The notes under the pieces were generated by a model that was given only the letters and a program-made list of their open reading frames with translations, had not been told where the DNA came from and did not search any database. A DNA stretch of 64,000 nucleotides, from IMG/VR virus record IMGVR_UViG_3300013815_000001; one strand, written 5' to 3'. The position numbers and the translations under genes are program-made. This document shows, in pieces, positions 47,596 to 56,910 of the stretch (its first letter is position 1; each line of letters starts with the position of its first letter). The DNA is from an uncultured virus (IMG/VR IMGVR_UViG_3300013815_000001) (Duplodnaviria; Heunggongvirae; Uroviricota; Caudoviricetes).

Positions 47596-49053
47596 TCATT
47601 TATGTTTCCACCAGGCACACTCCCTACCGACGCCTTCGCTTTTGAATACCGTATGAACGAGCGGGCCAGTTACTACCCGATCGCCAAATGACCTGGCCAC
47701 AATGCCGAACGCCAGCATGTCGCCCACTGCAGCGCCAGCCTGCTCTTTCTTCCAGAAGCGATAACTCTCGATGCGGTAATAAAGGCGAATGATGCCATGC
47801 GCGAACGCCATTACATCAGCGCGAGTGCCGCCCAGCAGCCCAGCGTTAATCATCACATCGTTACGGTGTGCTTCAATGAACTCCTGATAGATGCGCTCCG
47901 GATGATTCTGCTTTGCCCATGCGTCAGCGTATGTTTTAGGTTCGGAACCGACATAAACCTTACCGGGTTGCATTTCTCCCCACGGTGCGCGAAGCATCTC
48001 GACATCGGTACCATCCGTACACCAGACGAAACGATACTCAGGGTGATCTCTGAGATGCTGCCAGATATGCAGCCAGCGCCGGAAGTAGATATTCATCTTC
48101 ACGTCAGGAACACGGCACAGATCAACGTCTGCCGGGGCGGTCAGCAATTCATCCACCAGCGCGATACGTCCGCACTCCCGAAGCGAGGCTGCCCATTTGA
48201 CCAGCATGTCAGGCGAGGCAGCCATTTTGGTGCCACGCTGTGGATCTGGCTGACTGGTAAGCAGAGTGGTGATTACCACGTCCAGCTGCTTCCGGTACTC
48301 AGCGTAACCGGTAAACCCGGCATCACGTCGTTCGTTGTGGATCTTTACGTTGCGTTCCACCAGCGCCTGTCTGTCGGGCTTCGGTACCGAACGTTCCACC
48401 GCTTCATGCTCATCAAGGGAGTGAATCAGCTTTTCTGAGCCAACAATATCGGCATATGCCCATGTGGTCAGTCCGGCGTTATGAATGCGAAGGGCTAAAT
48501 CGCTGTGCTCGTACATTCCGCGCCCGTAAATCGGGTCGAACCCGCCAACCTTTTCAATAGCGCTGCGGTGGTAGTAGAGCATGACGCCACGCTGGCCGGT
48601 GTAGGCGATGTGTTTATCGTCTCGATACAGGACGGAAAGGTCATTGAGCTTGCGTGGTCCAGCTAAATCGAGAAACTGATAAGCCAGATGCGGCTCGGGT
48701 GAATTGATGTAAGGCAGATGCCAGTTGTCCGCGGTCGGCCAGGCATCATCGTCCCACAGGAAAAGATGTTCACAGCCAGCATCCATCAGCGCTTCAAGAC
48801 TGGCGTTCTTTGATGCCACGATACCTAGTGAGGCTTCCTGCCGGATTAACCGGATGCCATCGGGTACTGCGACAGCAGGATTAGAACCATCATCTATCAC
48901 CACCACCAGCGCGCCAGCAGGCAGATGATATATGTGCTGCTCAATGGCCTGCTTCAGAACATCTGGGCGATTATGGGTGCTAATCGCAATGCCGATTCTC
49001 GACGGCTGCTGGTCGGCGGGTACATATTGAACACTGTCAATAGTGACCTGCAT
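47596..49053 (-). CDS. two-domain glycosyltransferase (GT2 N-terminal plus second GT-A-like domain)
   Basis: IAISTHNRPDVL, VIDDGS, LFLWDDD, VGGFDPIYG..EHSDL; C-terminal WCTDGTDV and INAGLLGG. Confidence 0.88.
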   Translation of the reverse strand: MQVTIDSVQYVPADQQPSRIGIAISTHNRPDVLKQAIEQHIYHLPAGALVVVIDDGSNPAVAVPDGIRLIRQEASLGIVASKNASLEALMDAGCEHLFLWDDDAWPTADNWHLPYINSPEPHLAYQFLDLAGPRKLNDLSVLYRDDKHIAYTGQRGVMLYYHRSAIEKVGGFDPIYGRGMYEHSDLALRIHNAGLTTWAYADIVGSEKLIHSLDEHEAVERSVPKPDRQALVERNVKIHNERRDAGFTGYAEYRKQLDVVITTLLTSQPDPQRGTKMAASPDMLVKWAASLRECGRIALVDELLTAPADVDLCRVPDVKMNIYFRRWLHIWQHLRDHPEYRFVWCTDGTDVEMLRAPWGEMQPGKVYVGSEPKTYADAWAKQNHPERIYQEFIEAHRNDVMINAGLLGGTRADVMAFAHGIIRLYYRIESYRFWKKEQAGAAVGDMLAFGIVARSFGDRVVTGPLVHTVFKSEGVGRECAWWKHK

Positions 49054-49213
49054 AACTCGTTCCTATTTGATATTAATCTGTCGCACGGGGAAAGCCTCCC
49101 GAGATAAATCAGGGTTCCCCAAACTCACGACTTAAAGACTTTCTGACGTGCTGGCTAGATGCATAAAAAAAGCCACCAGCGATTGCCAGTGGCTTTATGA
49201 GTACTTATTAGGC

Positions 49214-49402
49214 TTAAACTCGATTGAACGCTGTTAACATAATATTTTCCACTGGAACACCTAATGATTTTGCCGCCTCTATAACATATTGCGCAGCAAT
49301 TTCTTTGGCCGATCTACCGCTGGAATCGGTGAAGATGTTCCAGCCGCTAGTCCTTGTTCCATTACGCTCTAATTCAAAGGCTACAAACCATTCTTGCATC
49401 AT
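49214..49402 (-). CDS. 62-aa hypothetical protein (putative paralog of 49547-49738)
   Basis: AGGAG RBS, own terminator-like hairpin at ~49166-49196. Confidence 0.65.
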   Translation of the reverse strand: MMQEWFVAFELERNGTRTSGWNIFTDSSGRSAKEIAAQYVIEAAKSLGVPVENIMLTAFNRV

Positions 49403-49546
49403 GAGCTCCTTGTGCCCAAAGAGAAGTTATACCCTAGCCCTAGGATAAATCTTAGGGAAAATAAATTTGTAGGCCTATGTCACAGTGTGACGAACTGTTA
49501 TCCCTTGTCGGAGGATTCAACAAAAAACCGCCCAGAGGTGGCATTG

Positions 49547-49738
49547 TTATACAGGTTGTACCGAAGTAATGGTGAACCTGCTTATGTCGATATTTCGGGC
49601 GTCAGCCATGCTTTCACAAAACTCTGCGAACCTATTCATCAAATGATCGTTGGGTTCTATTGAAAAGAAATGGTAGCCCTTTTCTATCAACTTCCACTCT
49701 TCAGAATAAACTTCCCACACAACAAAATATTCTTTCAT
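49547..49738 (-). CDS. 63-aa hypothetical protein
   Basis: GGGAG RBS, terminator-like hairpin at ~49522-49545. Confidence 0.65.
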   Translation of the reverse strand: MKEYFVVWEVYSEEWKLIEKGYHFFSIEPNDHLMNRFAEFCESMADARNIDISRFTITSVQPV

Positions 49739-49865
49739 TTCATCTCCCTGTTAGTTGAGAGAACGAAGATATGATGTTCATAAGGCACTTACAACTCCAT
49801 CATCAGGCGCACTCGAAAATGCGCCTTGTGATGAAAGCCGTTGTGAAAGAGGCTCTCACCTCTTC

Positions 49866-50567
49866 TTAGGCTGCCTGGTCATTGAGATCGTGACCTGCCA
49901 GCAATGCAGCTACCCACTGAATGCCTCGCGGAGTGAACTTGGCCTGAGTGAATGCATGCCCATTGTTCTGGTTCTCTCCGGTTTTCATCGTGAAACGGCC
50001 GGCATCGAGATGTTGAGCATAGGGTGTCAGTTTTCCGGCCAGCCGATACATGATGCCCTGCTCAATCAGGAACAACCGAAAGTCCGTTTCTTTCACCTTC
50101 AGCAGTTTTGCTGCTTCACGGAACCCCATCGCGCAGGTTGCCTCGACGTAGTTATCAACGAATTCGACTTTAGGCGCGGCAATAGCTAGCTTGTTTTCAA
50201 GCTCCGCTTTCTGCTCTGCAAGGTCTGCCGCCAGGCGCAACGCTTCCGGCAGGCTCTGCGGTATTCTCACTGGCTGACTAAGTTGGGTTTCAAGCTCCTG
50301 CCAGCGATCAACCAGGCGGGCGGTAAACTCAGGAGAAAGCTGAGCAACGACAATAATACTGTCACGCTTACCCTGCTCACCTTCAAACACATAAACACTC
50401 ACTGAGCGGCCCGCCGTGGGCTTTTCCTCAATTTGAGGAGAAGCAATCGTGCCACGCTCAATAAGGCTTTCTATAGTGCGCTTAACGTTATCGTGCCGCT
50501 TTTCTACCAGATCAGCGATTTCAATGCTGGTCATTACTAACGGATGGTCATTTACTGGATATTGCAT
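49866..50567 (-). CDS. Rha-family / antirepressor (KilAC) protein
   Basis: MTSIEIADLVEKRHDNVKRTIE, FTARLVDRWQELE, PQSLPEALRLAADL, AAPKVEFVD. Confidence 0.88.
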   Translation of the reverse strand: MQYPVNDHPLVMTSIEIADLVEKRHDNVKRTIESLIERGTIASPQIEEKPTAGRSVSVYVFEGEQGKRDSIIVVAQLSPEFTARLVDRWQELETQLSQPVRIPQSLPEALRLAADLAEQKAELENKLAIAAPKVEFVDNYVEATCAMGFREAAKLLKVKETDFRLFLIEQGIMYRLAGKLTPYAQHLDAGRFTMKTGENQNNGHAFTQAKFTPRGIQWVAALLAGHDLNDQAA

Positions 50568-51217
50568 AGGTTGGTGCTCCTATAGAGAAACAAGCCTGTC
50601 GCACAGATTAAGCCGTCCCCTAAGACGCACCATTTACGGATAATCTCAGGCTTGCTTGTCTGTAGGCTTAGGGATTGATGTTTGCGCGTGCGAAGCGCAT
50701 AAAAAAGCCCCGCATAAGCGAGGCCGATATTGCTTGGTTGCTAATGGTGAATCTTCTTGGGGGTTGTCCTGGTCTCAGGTGTATCACTTCACCACTGAAT
50801 GGCCATTCGTTATGCCCACAGAAGGAATGGCATCATCAGGCTCACTAGTTTGAAATCTTTGTGGCGCTATTGGTTAACTCTGCCTGGAAAGACAGGATAG
50901 ATAGAGGCAATAAGACGATTGCTCTGCGTGTACGTGTACAAAGCAGAATTTTATGTATAAGTATATCTGGATAATTCTTATAAAATAGGCCGCCGCTTGA
51001 TATACAGGCTATATAGACCAGGATTAGTTCCATCTTGTTGATGGAGTGGCTCCTAAAAACAAGCACCGTGAAATATCAGGGACGAAAAACAAAAAGACAG
51101 GAACGTCGTATAAATATCCAAGATAAAAGCACCAGGGAAACCGAATCAACGCTGCGTTATAGATAATAATAAAAGAAGTATCGATCCTGTCGTCGCCCCA
51201 GCCATGGGGCTTTTTTT

Positions 51218-51682
51218 TTACCTCAAGCACTGCTCCCGAACATACGCCTGCAATCCGCTCAACTGCCTGGTCACGGTCTCGATCCGCTCCCTGAGGGTGA
51301 AATAATCCCGTTCAGCGGCGTCAGTAAGTCGGGGGCCGGTGCCATCATCCACGCGGGTGGTGCCGGGCGCTCCGTTCGCTGTGCAGGTTGCGTTGAGCTG
51401 CAACCGACGTTTGCCAGTAGCAACATCGCGCTCAAGCTGATTAATAGTGCTCTGCGCATCGGCAAGTTCCTGTGTGTATTTCGCATCGAGCGCTGCAACG
51501 TCGCGCTGGCGAGTCTGCATGTCGGTGATGGCGTCTTTAGCCAGATTTAATTCACGATTAACTTTGGTTAAAGATGCCTCTGCTTTTGTGAGCGAGGCCC
51601 GGTAATAAAGCGCAAATCCCACAGCGGCCAGGAAGAGTAGCGGCTTCCACCATGCCCGCACAAAGCCCCATAGCGCCGCCAT
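51218..51682 (-). CDS. Rz: i-spanin Rz
   Basis: N-terminal TM; QRDVAALDAKYTQEL...LTDAAERDYFTLRERI..LQAYVREQC. Confidence 0.92.
   Translation of the reverse strand: MAALWGFVRAWWKPLLFLAAVGFALYYRASLTKAEASLTKVNRELNLAKDAITDMQTRQRDVAALDAKYTQELADAQSTINQLERDVATGKRRLQLNATCTANGAPGTTRVDDGTGPRLTDAAERDYFTLRERIETVTRQLSGLQAYVREQCLR
51271..51459 (-). CDS. Rz1: o-spanin Rz1 lipoprotein, nested in Rz
   Basis: MRRALLISLSAMLLLANVG-C lipobox, Pro-rich PAPPAWMM. Confidence 0.85.
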   Translation of the reverse strand: MRRALLISLSAMLLLANVGCSSTQPAQRTERPAPPAWMMAPAPDLLTPLNGIISPSGSGSRP

Positions 51683-52305
51683 CAGAGCACCCGGCGCGCT
51701 GCCGCATAGCGGGCCCGTCTGTCTTCCAGACCGTTCTGCCCACCGTTAATAATCTGCGTGACGCGCAGCAAATCGCCCGGATATTTCAGACAGCCTTTGC
51801 TGGTATAGAACCATGCCGCAGAGCGCGCAGCGCTGGCCTCTTCGGAAAGCAGTTCCGGCGAGCTCACAAGGTCGAGTTTCAGCGCGGCGCCGCAGTCGTG
51901 GTAATTCTCGAGCCCGGTGATCTGGATGAGCCCTCGTCCGCGATATTTCCAGCCATCACCCGGGGCGTTATTACCGAGGCGCTTGCTGTAAACCAGATTG
52001 GCGATCGCGCGCTGGCGTTCAAGGGGCAGCACCTTTTCATACGTGCGGCGGCCCAGCGTGTTGGCCTGATCCTGAGTTAACCGGCCAGCCCGGACAAAAC
52101 CATTAAGCGCTGCGATGCTGTAGTTGAAGCTCTCTTCCAGCCTGGTAAAGCCGGTGCTTTCATGGCCGACCTGCGCGATGAACATTGCCTGGTCGACCGG
52201 CGCGGTGATGCCGTACTCGCACATCGCCGCATCAATATGCGGAAACCAGCGCGCAGCCAAGCTGGCGCTTAAACCAGCCGCCTGCTGAAATTGTTGTTGG
52301 TTCAT
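51682..52305 (-). CDS. endolysin, GH19 chitinase-like
   Basis: [11 protein letters not shown] start; [28 protein letters not shown]. Confidence 0.92.
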   Translation of the reverse strand: MNQQQFQQAAGLSASLAARWFPHIDAAMCEYGITAPVDQAMFIAQVGHESTGFTRLEESFNYSIAALNGFVRAGRLTQDQANTLGRRTYEKVLPLERQRAIANLVYSKRLGNNAPGDGWKYRGRGLIQITGLENYHDCGAALKLDLVSSPELLSEEASAARSAAWFYTSKGCLKYPGDLLRVTQIINGGQNGLEDRRARYAAARRVL

Positions 52306-52586
52306 TCGGGCCTCAGTACCTGAAACAGGCGCGCCACGTTGCCCCGGGCACGGAACACGGCGGCGCAGATGATTAAGTTGATGATGACCGACGCCCAGTG
52401 TGTATGGACGTAAAAGTCGAAGGCGTAGCGGAACGGCACAGAGGCATACGCCAGGATAATCAGGTATGCCAGCCACGATGCCCACCAGCGATGCCGGGCT
52501 CCGGGTTTACGGAACAGCATCAGCCTCAACACAATGGCCGAGCACGTCGCCACGTTGGTCAGTACCAGCGGATCACTTATTACCAT
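52302..52586 (-). CDS. holin/antiholin-like membrane protein
   Basis: Three hydrophobic segments; [10 protein letters not shown]-terminus. Confidence 0.8.
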   Translation of the reverse strand: MVISDPLVLTNVATCSAIVLRLMLFRKPGARHRWWASWLAYLIILAYASVPFRYAFDFYVHTHWASVIINLIICAAVFRARGNVARLFQVLRPE

Positions 52587-52953
52587 TGGCTCCCCCTCTC
52601 CACCGCTGGAACCACTGCGCAGGGTCTTGCTGGCTGGCGAACGTCAGGATTTTAATCGTCAGCGCAGAGAGGATAACGGCCCCCAGTGCATCAAGCGGCT
52701 TGTCGCTGTATTCCGTCCAGCTGGCAAGCTTGGAGCCCACCAGCCCGGCGCCGTAAACGCCAGCGATGTACGAAACAACAAAATAGGCTGCGCGCCGGAT
52801 CAGAGTCAGATCTGCCGCGGTGGCAACATAAAAGACAGCACCGGCAAACGCGCCAAAAATTACGCCGTAATCTGTGCCGGTCAGCAGCCCGTAGATGCTC
52901 GCACCAGTAAGCGCAGCACCTGCCGCGACAGTTCCCGAAACCGGATCGGACAT
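52573..52953 (-). CDS. holin
   Basis: MSDPVSGT...TGTDYGVIFGAFAGAVFYV...KPLDALGAV. Confidence 0.85.
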   Translation of the reverse strand: MSDPVSGTVAAGAALTGASIYGLLTGTDYGVIFGAFAGAVFYVATAADLTLIRRAAYFVVSYIAGVYGAGLVGSKLASWTEYSDKPLDALGAVILSALTIKILTFASQQDPAQWFQRWRGGANGNK

Positions 52954-53046
52954 GTATCCCCCCTCTATTGCTGTGCATCCTCTCTGAGCGAGGGGAAATG
53001 AAAAAGGCCGCCCGGAGGCAGCCTGTTTGAGTTTTGCTTTATTAGT

Positions 53047-53316
53047 TCAGTGAAGGTTCAGGACAGAGATCGGGTAACGGAATTCTTTCCGTTTATTATC
53101 CACACATACGACACGAACATGCCGGTTGCATATGAACCACGTTTCATCCCGATCATTAGCCAGTATGTAATATGCATCTGACGTTTCAGATGGATTAAAA
53201 CAACCCAGCACCCGATAAGCCGTTTCCATATTAAATCCGCTCTTTAACGGCATCGGTGTGGGGCCGTTAGCAAGCTCCTGAATCCTGATATAGAGACCTT
53301 GTTCAATCCACAGCAT
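53047..53316 (-). CDS. hypothetical protein
   Basis: 89 aa ORF with AAGGA RBS and downstream terminator-like hairpin (~53001-53023). Confidence 0.65.
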   Translation of the reverse strand: MLWIEQGLYIRIQELANGPTPMPLKSGFNMETAYRVLGCFNPSETSDAYYILANDRDETWFICNRHVRVVCVDNKRKEFRYPISVLNLH

Positions 53317-53494
53317 AGAAATCCTTGTATAGCGGGTACCTTTACAGCGTAGGTACCTGTGTACAGGTTTTCCATGTCTCCGCAGGAAATTTTTACCTGT
53401 TAAAGGTGTCCACAGGTGACATTGAAAACGCTCTAATGTATGGGGCTCTGAACTGTGGATATACTACCGCCATCGTTAGAAAAGCCTCGCCATT

Positions 53495-53673
53495 TTTGGA
53501 TCTTCCCCTCCCCATTGCTGGCACTGCTGCATTGGTACCTGCAGCCCGGCGAACGTCAGGATTTCACCGTCAGCGCAGAGAGGATAACGGCCCCAGTGCA
53601 TCAAGCGGTTTGTCGCAGTATTCCGTCCAAGTGACTAGCCTGGAACCCACCTACCGTGACAGCTCCCGAAGCC
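53495..53673 (-). pseudogene. internally deleted relic of the holin gene
   Basis: 53548-53651 near-identical to 52636-52741, then jumps to a match of 52921-52942. Confidence 0.8.
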
Positions 53674-53742
53674 AATTCATACTTTTTGCGAAGCGTAACG
53701 ACTTTTTCTATTATCAACTCAGGGAAACTCCGGAGAAAGAAC

Positions 53743-54570
53743 ATGAGTGATGGATTACAAATTGTTATGTCGCCAGTTCAAATGGCCGCGGTAATATCAG
53801 ATAAAACCGTGACTGAAGCCGAAACCATGCAAAACCGCCTGCTTGGGGGACTTGGTGTGGTAATGGGTACGGTAGAGCTGGTTGGTGCAGCGGTTCTTTG
53901 TGCCGCGCCTGAACCTACTACCTTAACTAAGGCTGCCTGTGTTGTTGTTGGCGCGCATAGTATGGATTCACTACAAGCAGCCATTGACCAGACAATTACA
54001 GGACGAGATACCCGTACAGCTGCTTACCAGCTGGCCGTGCAAACAGCCCGTCAATTTGGTGCGGATGAAGACACTGCGTTAAATATCGGTTTAACTGTTG
54101 ATATTGCTGTCCCGGCTGCATTCGGTTTGGCACTTGGCGCTTCCCGGGTTGCCTACGTTCGCGCAGGCAATTTCAGGCTGGCGGAACATGAAGCCGTAAA
54201 AGGTATTAAAGCTGGTGGTCATACGATTGCGAAACATATTGCTGTTCCTGAGGAAGAGCTACTGGCTCGCCTTGCCAGAACCCCACAAATGCAGTCCACA
54301 TCGTCTTTTTTTAAGCTGGAACAGGCTGAAAAGGTTATCAGCTCGGCGCTTAAAGCTAACCGGCTTAAAATCCTGCATTGGGCGAACCTGTCCAGAAGTG
54401 CAGAAAACACTCTGGATATTACATATAAATCAGGTTCAGCAGTTGGTTACGGTTTCCGCCAAGGAAGTCAGACTAAAGAAACCCTCTATGTAGTACGAAT
54501 TGTTCTTCTCAAAAAAATGTACAACAACAAGCCTTACTACGTCTTAACTGCCTATCCATTCATGGGATAA
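53743..54570 (+). CDS. polymorphic-toxin-like protein with CdiA-CT RNase A-like C-terminus
   Basis: GGAG RBS; hydrophobic N-half, HE...GGHTIAKHI and YVLTAYP C-terminal motifs. Confidence 0.78.
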   Translation: MSDGLQIVMSPVQMAAVISDKTVTEAETMQNRLLGGLGVVMGTVELVGAAVLCAAPEPTTLTKAACVVVGAHSMDSLQAAIDQTITGRDTRTAAYQLAVQTARQFGADEDTALNIGLTVDIAVPAAFGLALGASRVAYVRAGNFRLAEHEAVKGIKAGGHTIAKHIAVPEEELLARLARTPQMQSTSSFFKLEQAEKVISSALKANRLKILHWANLSRSAENTLDITYKSGSAVGYGFRQGSQTKETLYVVRIVLLKKMYNNKPYYVLTAYPFMG

Positions 54571-54864
54571 ATGATGCACAAAAACTACGAAACACTGAGA
54601 AAGCTGATCGTGATTTTTTTCGGTCCGGATTATCAAATATTTGGCGAAAATATCGACGAGATTATGGCTTCATATGTTGATACAGAAAACGAATTAGCTA
54701 TTGGCCATCTCAGACAACAGGCTTCGCAGGCGATTGCTATACAAAGTGATTACGAGCTTAACAGTATTATGACTGCTCTTGCAGAGAATCAATTCTCGCC
54801 AGCATTATGGGGTGAAACATGGCGTTCCTTTTTACAAAAAATACTGCTTCATCTTCCCGAATAG
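54571..54864 (+). CDS. CdiI-like immunity protein
   Basis: 97 aa abutting the toxin; YETLRKLIVIFFGPDYQIFGENIDEI...WRSFLQKI. Confidence 0.75.
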   Translation: MMHKNYETLRKLIVIFFGPDYQIFGENIDEIMASYVDTENELAIGHLRQQASQAIAIQSDYELNSIMTALAENQFSPALWGETWRSFLQKILLHLPE

Positions 54865-54960
54865 GAAGACCTTTTCGGCATAAGTTTTATGCCTTAACAG
54901 AATATGTCATGAACCTAACTAACTGGAAACTCTGACATACGGAAAGTGACTATTTGCCAA

Positions 54961-54987
54961 TAAAAAAACCCGCTCATCGGCGGGTTC
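54961..54987 (-). terminator. tR'-like terminator
   Basis: Minus strand AACCCGCCGATGAGCGGGTTTTTTTA just downstream of pR'. Confidence 0.8.
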
Positions 54988-55010
54988 TGAACGGCGGATA
55001 CACAATGCCC

Positions 55011-55051
55011 ATCGTTAGAAAAATCCTACCCAATTTTTTTGAATTTAGCAA
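55011..55051 (-). promoter_or_regulatory. late promoter pR' with qut/pause element
   Basis: TTGCTA-17bp(..AAATTGGG)-TAGGAT-6bp-AACGAT, same layout as lambda pR'. Confidence 0.8.
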
Positions 55052-55083
55052 GCATCGTGTCGCTAAAATATTTAATCAGGCTT

Positions 55084-55842
55084 CTAACGTGTGATTTCGC
55101 GCAGCATCTTTTCCGCGAATGCTTCTTCCTGCCAGCATTTCGTCACCAGCAGGTTAATGACGTCAGCAAAACCGCTGTACCACTGGTAATCCGTCATATC
55201 AGGCACCAGAACCTGCACCTGACGGCGCGCCAGAGTGGTGGGCAGACGTGCAAACCCTTTACCACCACATCGCTCACACAGCTTTTGCACCGGCACGCCG
55301 TGTAACTCGGTACGCTTACGGTCGAGCGCCGTTCCCCGTCCCGAGCAGTCCCGGCAGGCCGTACTGATTACCCCCTTCCCACCGCAGTGCTTACAGAGTT
55401 CTTCAACTTCCTCTACGCGAATTGTCGCATCCACGCCTTTCACGCCAGGATGCTTCACCACTTCCCGACGCACGCGCTTAACCCCTTTTCCTTCGCAGTG
55501 ATGGCATTCGCAGCTGCTGGCTGCCGAGCGCGCATAGTCGCTGTAGGCGAACTGAGCCAGACAAAGGGCCATTTCCGCGCGCGCGCGCTCACCGAGTTTT
55601 TTCATTACGCCGTTATTTAGCGCGAGCGCATATTTAACCAGGCCATCAATAGCGGGCTGCGGATCCTGAATACCCATTTTGGCGAGGAAGAGGTTGAACC
55701 CCAGCGCCGCCTTAGACTGGACGAGACCCTGTGCGGCCATTACATCCGAGATGGTCAGCGCGGCGCTGCCGGTGGCTGGTGTCTCATCATTGAGTTTTGG
55801 TGATTTCGGGGAATAGAACTTTGGTAAGGCTTCGAGGTTCAT
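55084..55842 (-). CDS. Q: late antiterminator Q (zinc-finger type)
   Basis: MNLEALPKFYSPKS, LTISDVMAAQG, DYARSA, repeated CxxCxGxG. Confidence 0.9.
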   Translation of the reverse strand: MNLEALPKFYSPKSPKLNDETPATGSAALTISDVMAAQGLVQSKAALGFNLFLAKMGIQDPQPAIDGLVKYALALNNGVMKKLGERARAEMALCLAQFAYSDYARSAASSCECHHCEGKGVKRVRREVVKHPGVKGVDATIRVEEVEELCKHCGGKGVISTACRDCSGRGTALDRKRTELHGVPVQKLCERCGGKGFARLPTTLARRQVQVLVPDMTDYQWYSGFADVINLLVTKCWQEEAFAEKMLREITR

Positions 55843-55860
55843 GTGTGGTCTCCACTCCAC

Positions 55861-56910
55861 TTATGACAACACGCCGATCGCAAGCGCGCGGTCTAAAAAA
55901 CGAAAAATCAGCTCCAGCTGTGAGCCATATTTTTCTTCGAATGCCACGGTGTCCCGATGAAGCTCGTGGTGATGCCTTCTGCACAAAGGCAACACGAAAA
56001 GGTCATGGGCTTTGGTACCCATCCCGCCCTGCCCGTGGCCGATCAGGTGGTGGGGATCATCTGCCCGCTGGTTGCAGCATGCGCAAGGCTGCTGCTTAAC
56101 CCAGCGGGTGTATTTCTCGTTTTCCCAGCGGCGGCGCTTTGGCCGGAGCATGTAACTTTCAGGCGACTCAGGGTCGATTGTCAGCGCAACCACCCGCATC
56201 TGTTGCTCGTGCGGCTTGTCGCAGTTCATTAGCGTCTTCACGGCACCAGCACGCTGTGCTTTCGTCTGTACTATTTCAGCGGCCGACGGTCCCGGAACAA
56301 TATGGCTTTCACGCGACACGCCCTGCACTGGCAAAGGCGGAAGGCGCAGCGCGCGGCGCGCCACGCTGTCCGGCAGCGCATCTGTGATATCCATTCTGAC
56401 AGCCCACCAGCACAACTCCGGCAGAGTCAGCTCGTGGGTATCGTTAAAGGCAAGGGCTCCGCTCGCGACGCTGATAATCCAGGCTATCACATTGGAACGG
56501 GCAATTGCTGACAGGCGCTCAGTAAAATGTTCGGCCAGCTGATTATCACAGTGCCAGCACAGACGCAGCGCGCCGGGCTCATGCCGCATCGTGGTCAGCT
56601 CATGGTGATGGTACTCACTATGCGGCCACTGGCAGCCGCCCTTCTGCTTCATCAGCCAGTGCTCCAGCCCATTGATGCCACCAGCTGCCCGGATCACCCG
56701 CTCATCAGTAAAGAAGACCTGCAGTCCTTCGTCATTGGTCAGGGGCTGGTGCGCCGGCGGCACCGCGCCGCTCGGGAACCGTGCCATGCTTTCAGGCTGC
56801 ATCTCCACAAGCACGCGTCCGTTTGCAAATATGGGCATCAGTTCAGGGCCGGGGCGCAGCAGCACGATACCCATGCCGCGCGCGATTTCCGGTGTTAACA
56901 GCGCCCTCAT
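55861..56910 (-). CDS. DUF968/YdfU-family protein
   Basis: MRALLTPE, LCWHCDN, KYTRWVKQQPCACC..DDPHH...PLCRRHH. Confidence 0.85.
   Translation of the reverse strand: MRALLTPEIARGMGIVLLRPGPELMPIFANGRVLVEMQPESMARFPSGAVPPAHQPLTNDEGLQVFFTDERVIRAAGGINGLEHWLMKQKGGCQWPHSEYHHHELTTMRHEPGALRLCWHCDNQLAEHFTERLSAIARSNVIAWIISVASGALAFNDTHELTLPELCWWAVRMDITDALPDSVARRALRLPPLPVQGVSRESHIVPGPSAAEIVQTKAQRAGAVKTLMNCDKPHEQQMRVVALTIDPESPESYMLRPKRRRWENEKYTRWVKQQPCACCNQRADDPHHLIGHGQGGMGTKAHDLFVLPLCRRHHHELHRDTVAFEEKYGSQLELIFRFLDRALAIGVLS

Noticed and set aside
46607..49053. gtrABC-type O-antigen conversion cassette
   Set aside because: No flippase or polytopic membrane transferase, and the genes are in the late/packaging region rather than near att
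50845..51230. Two overlapping AT-rich minus-strand ORFs after Rz
   Set aside because: No convincing RBS or motif; may be a decayed membrane-protein gene but cannot be supported
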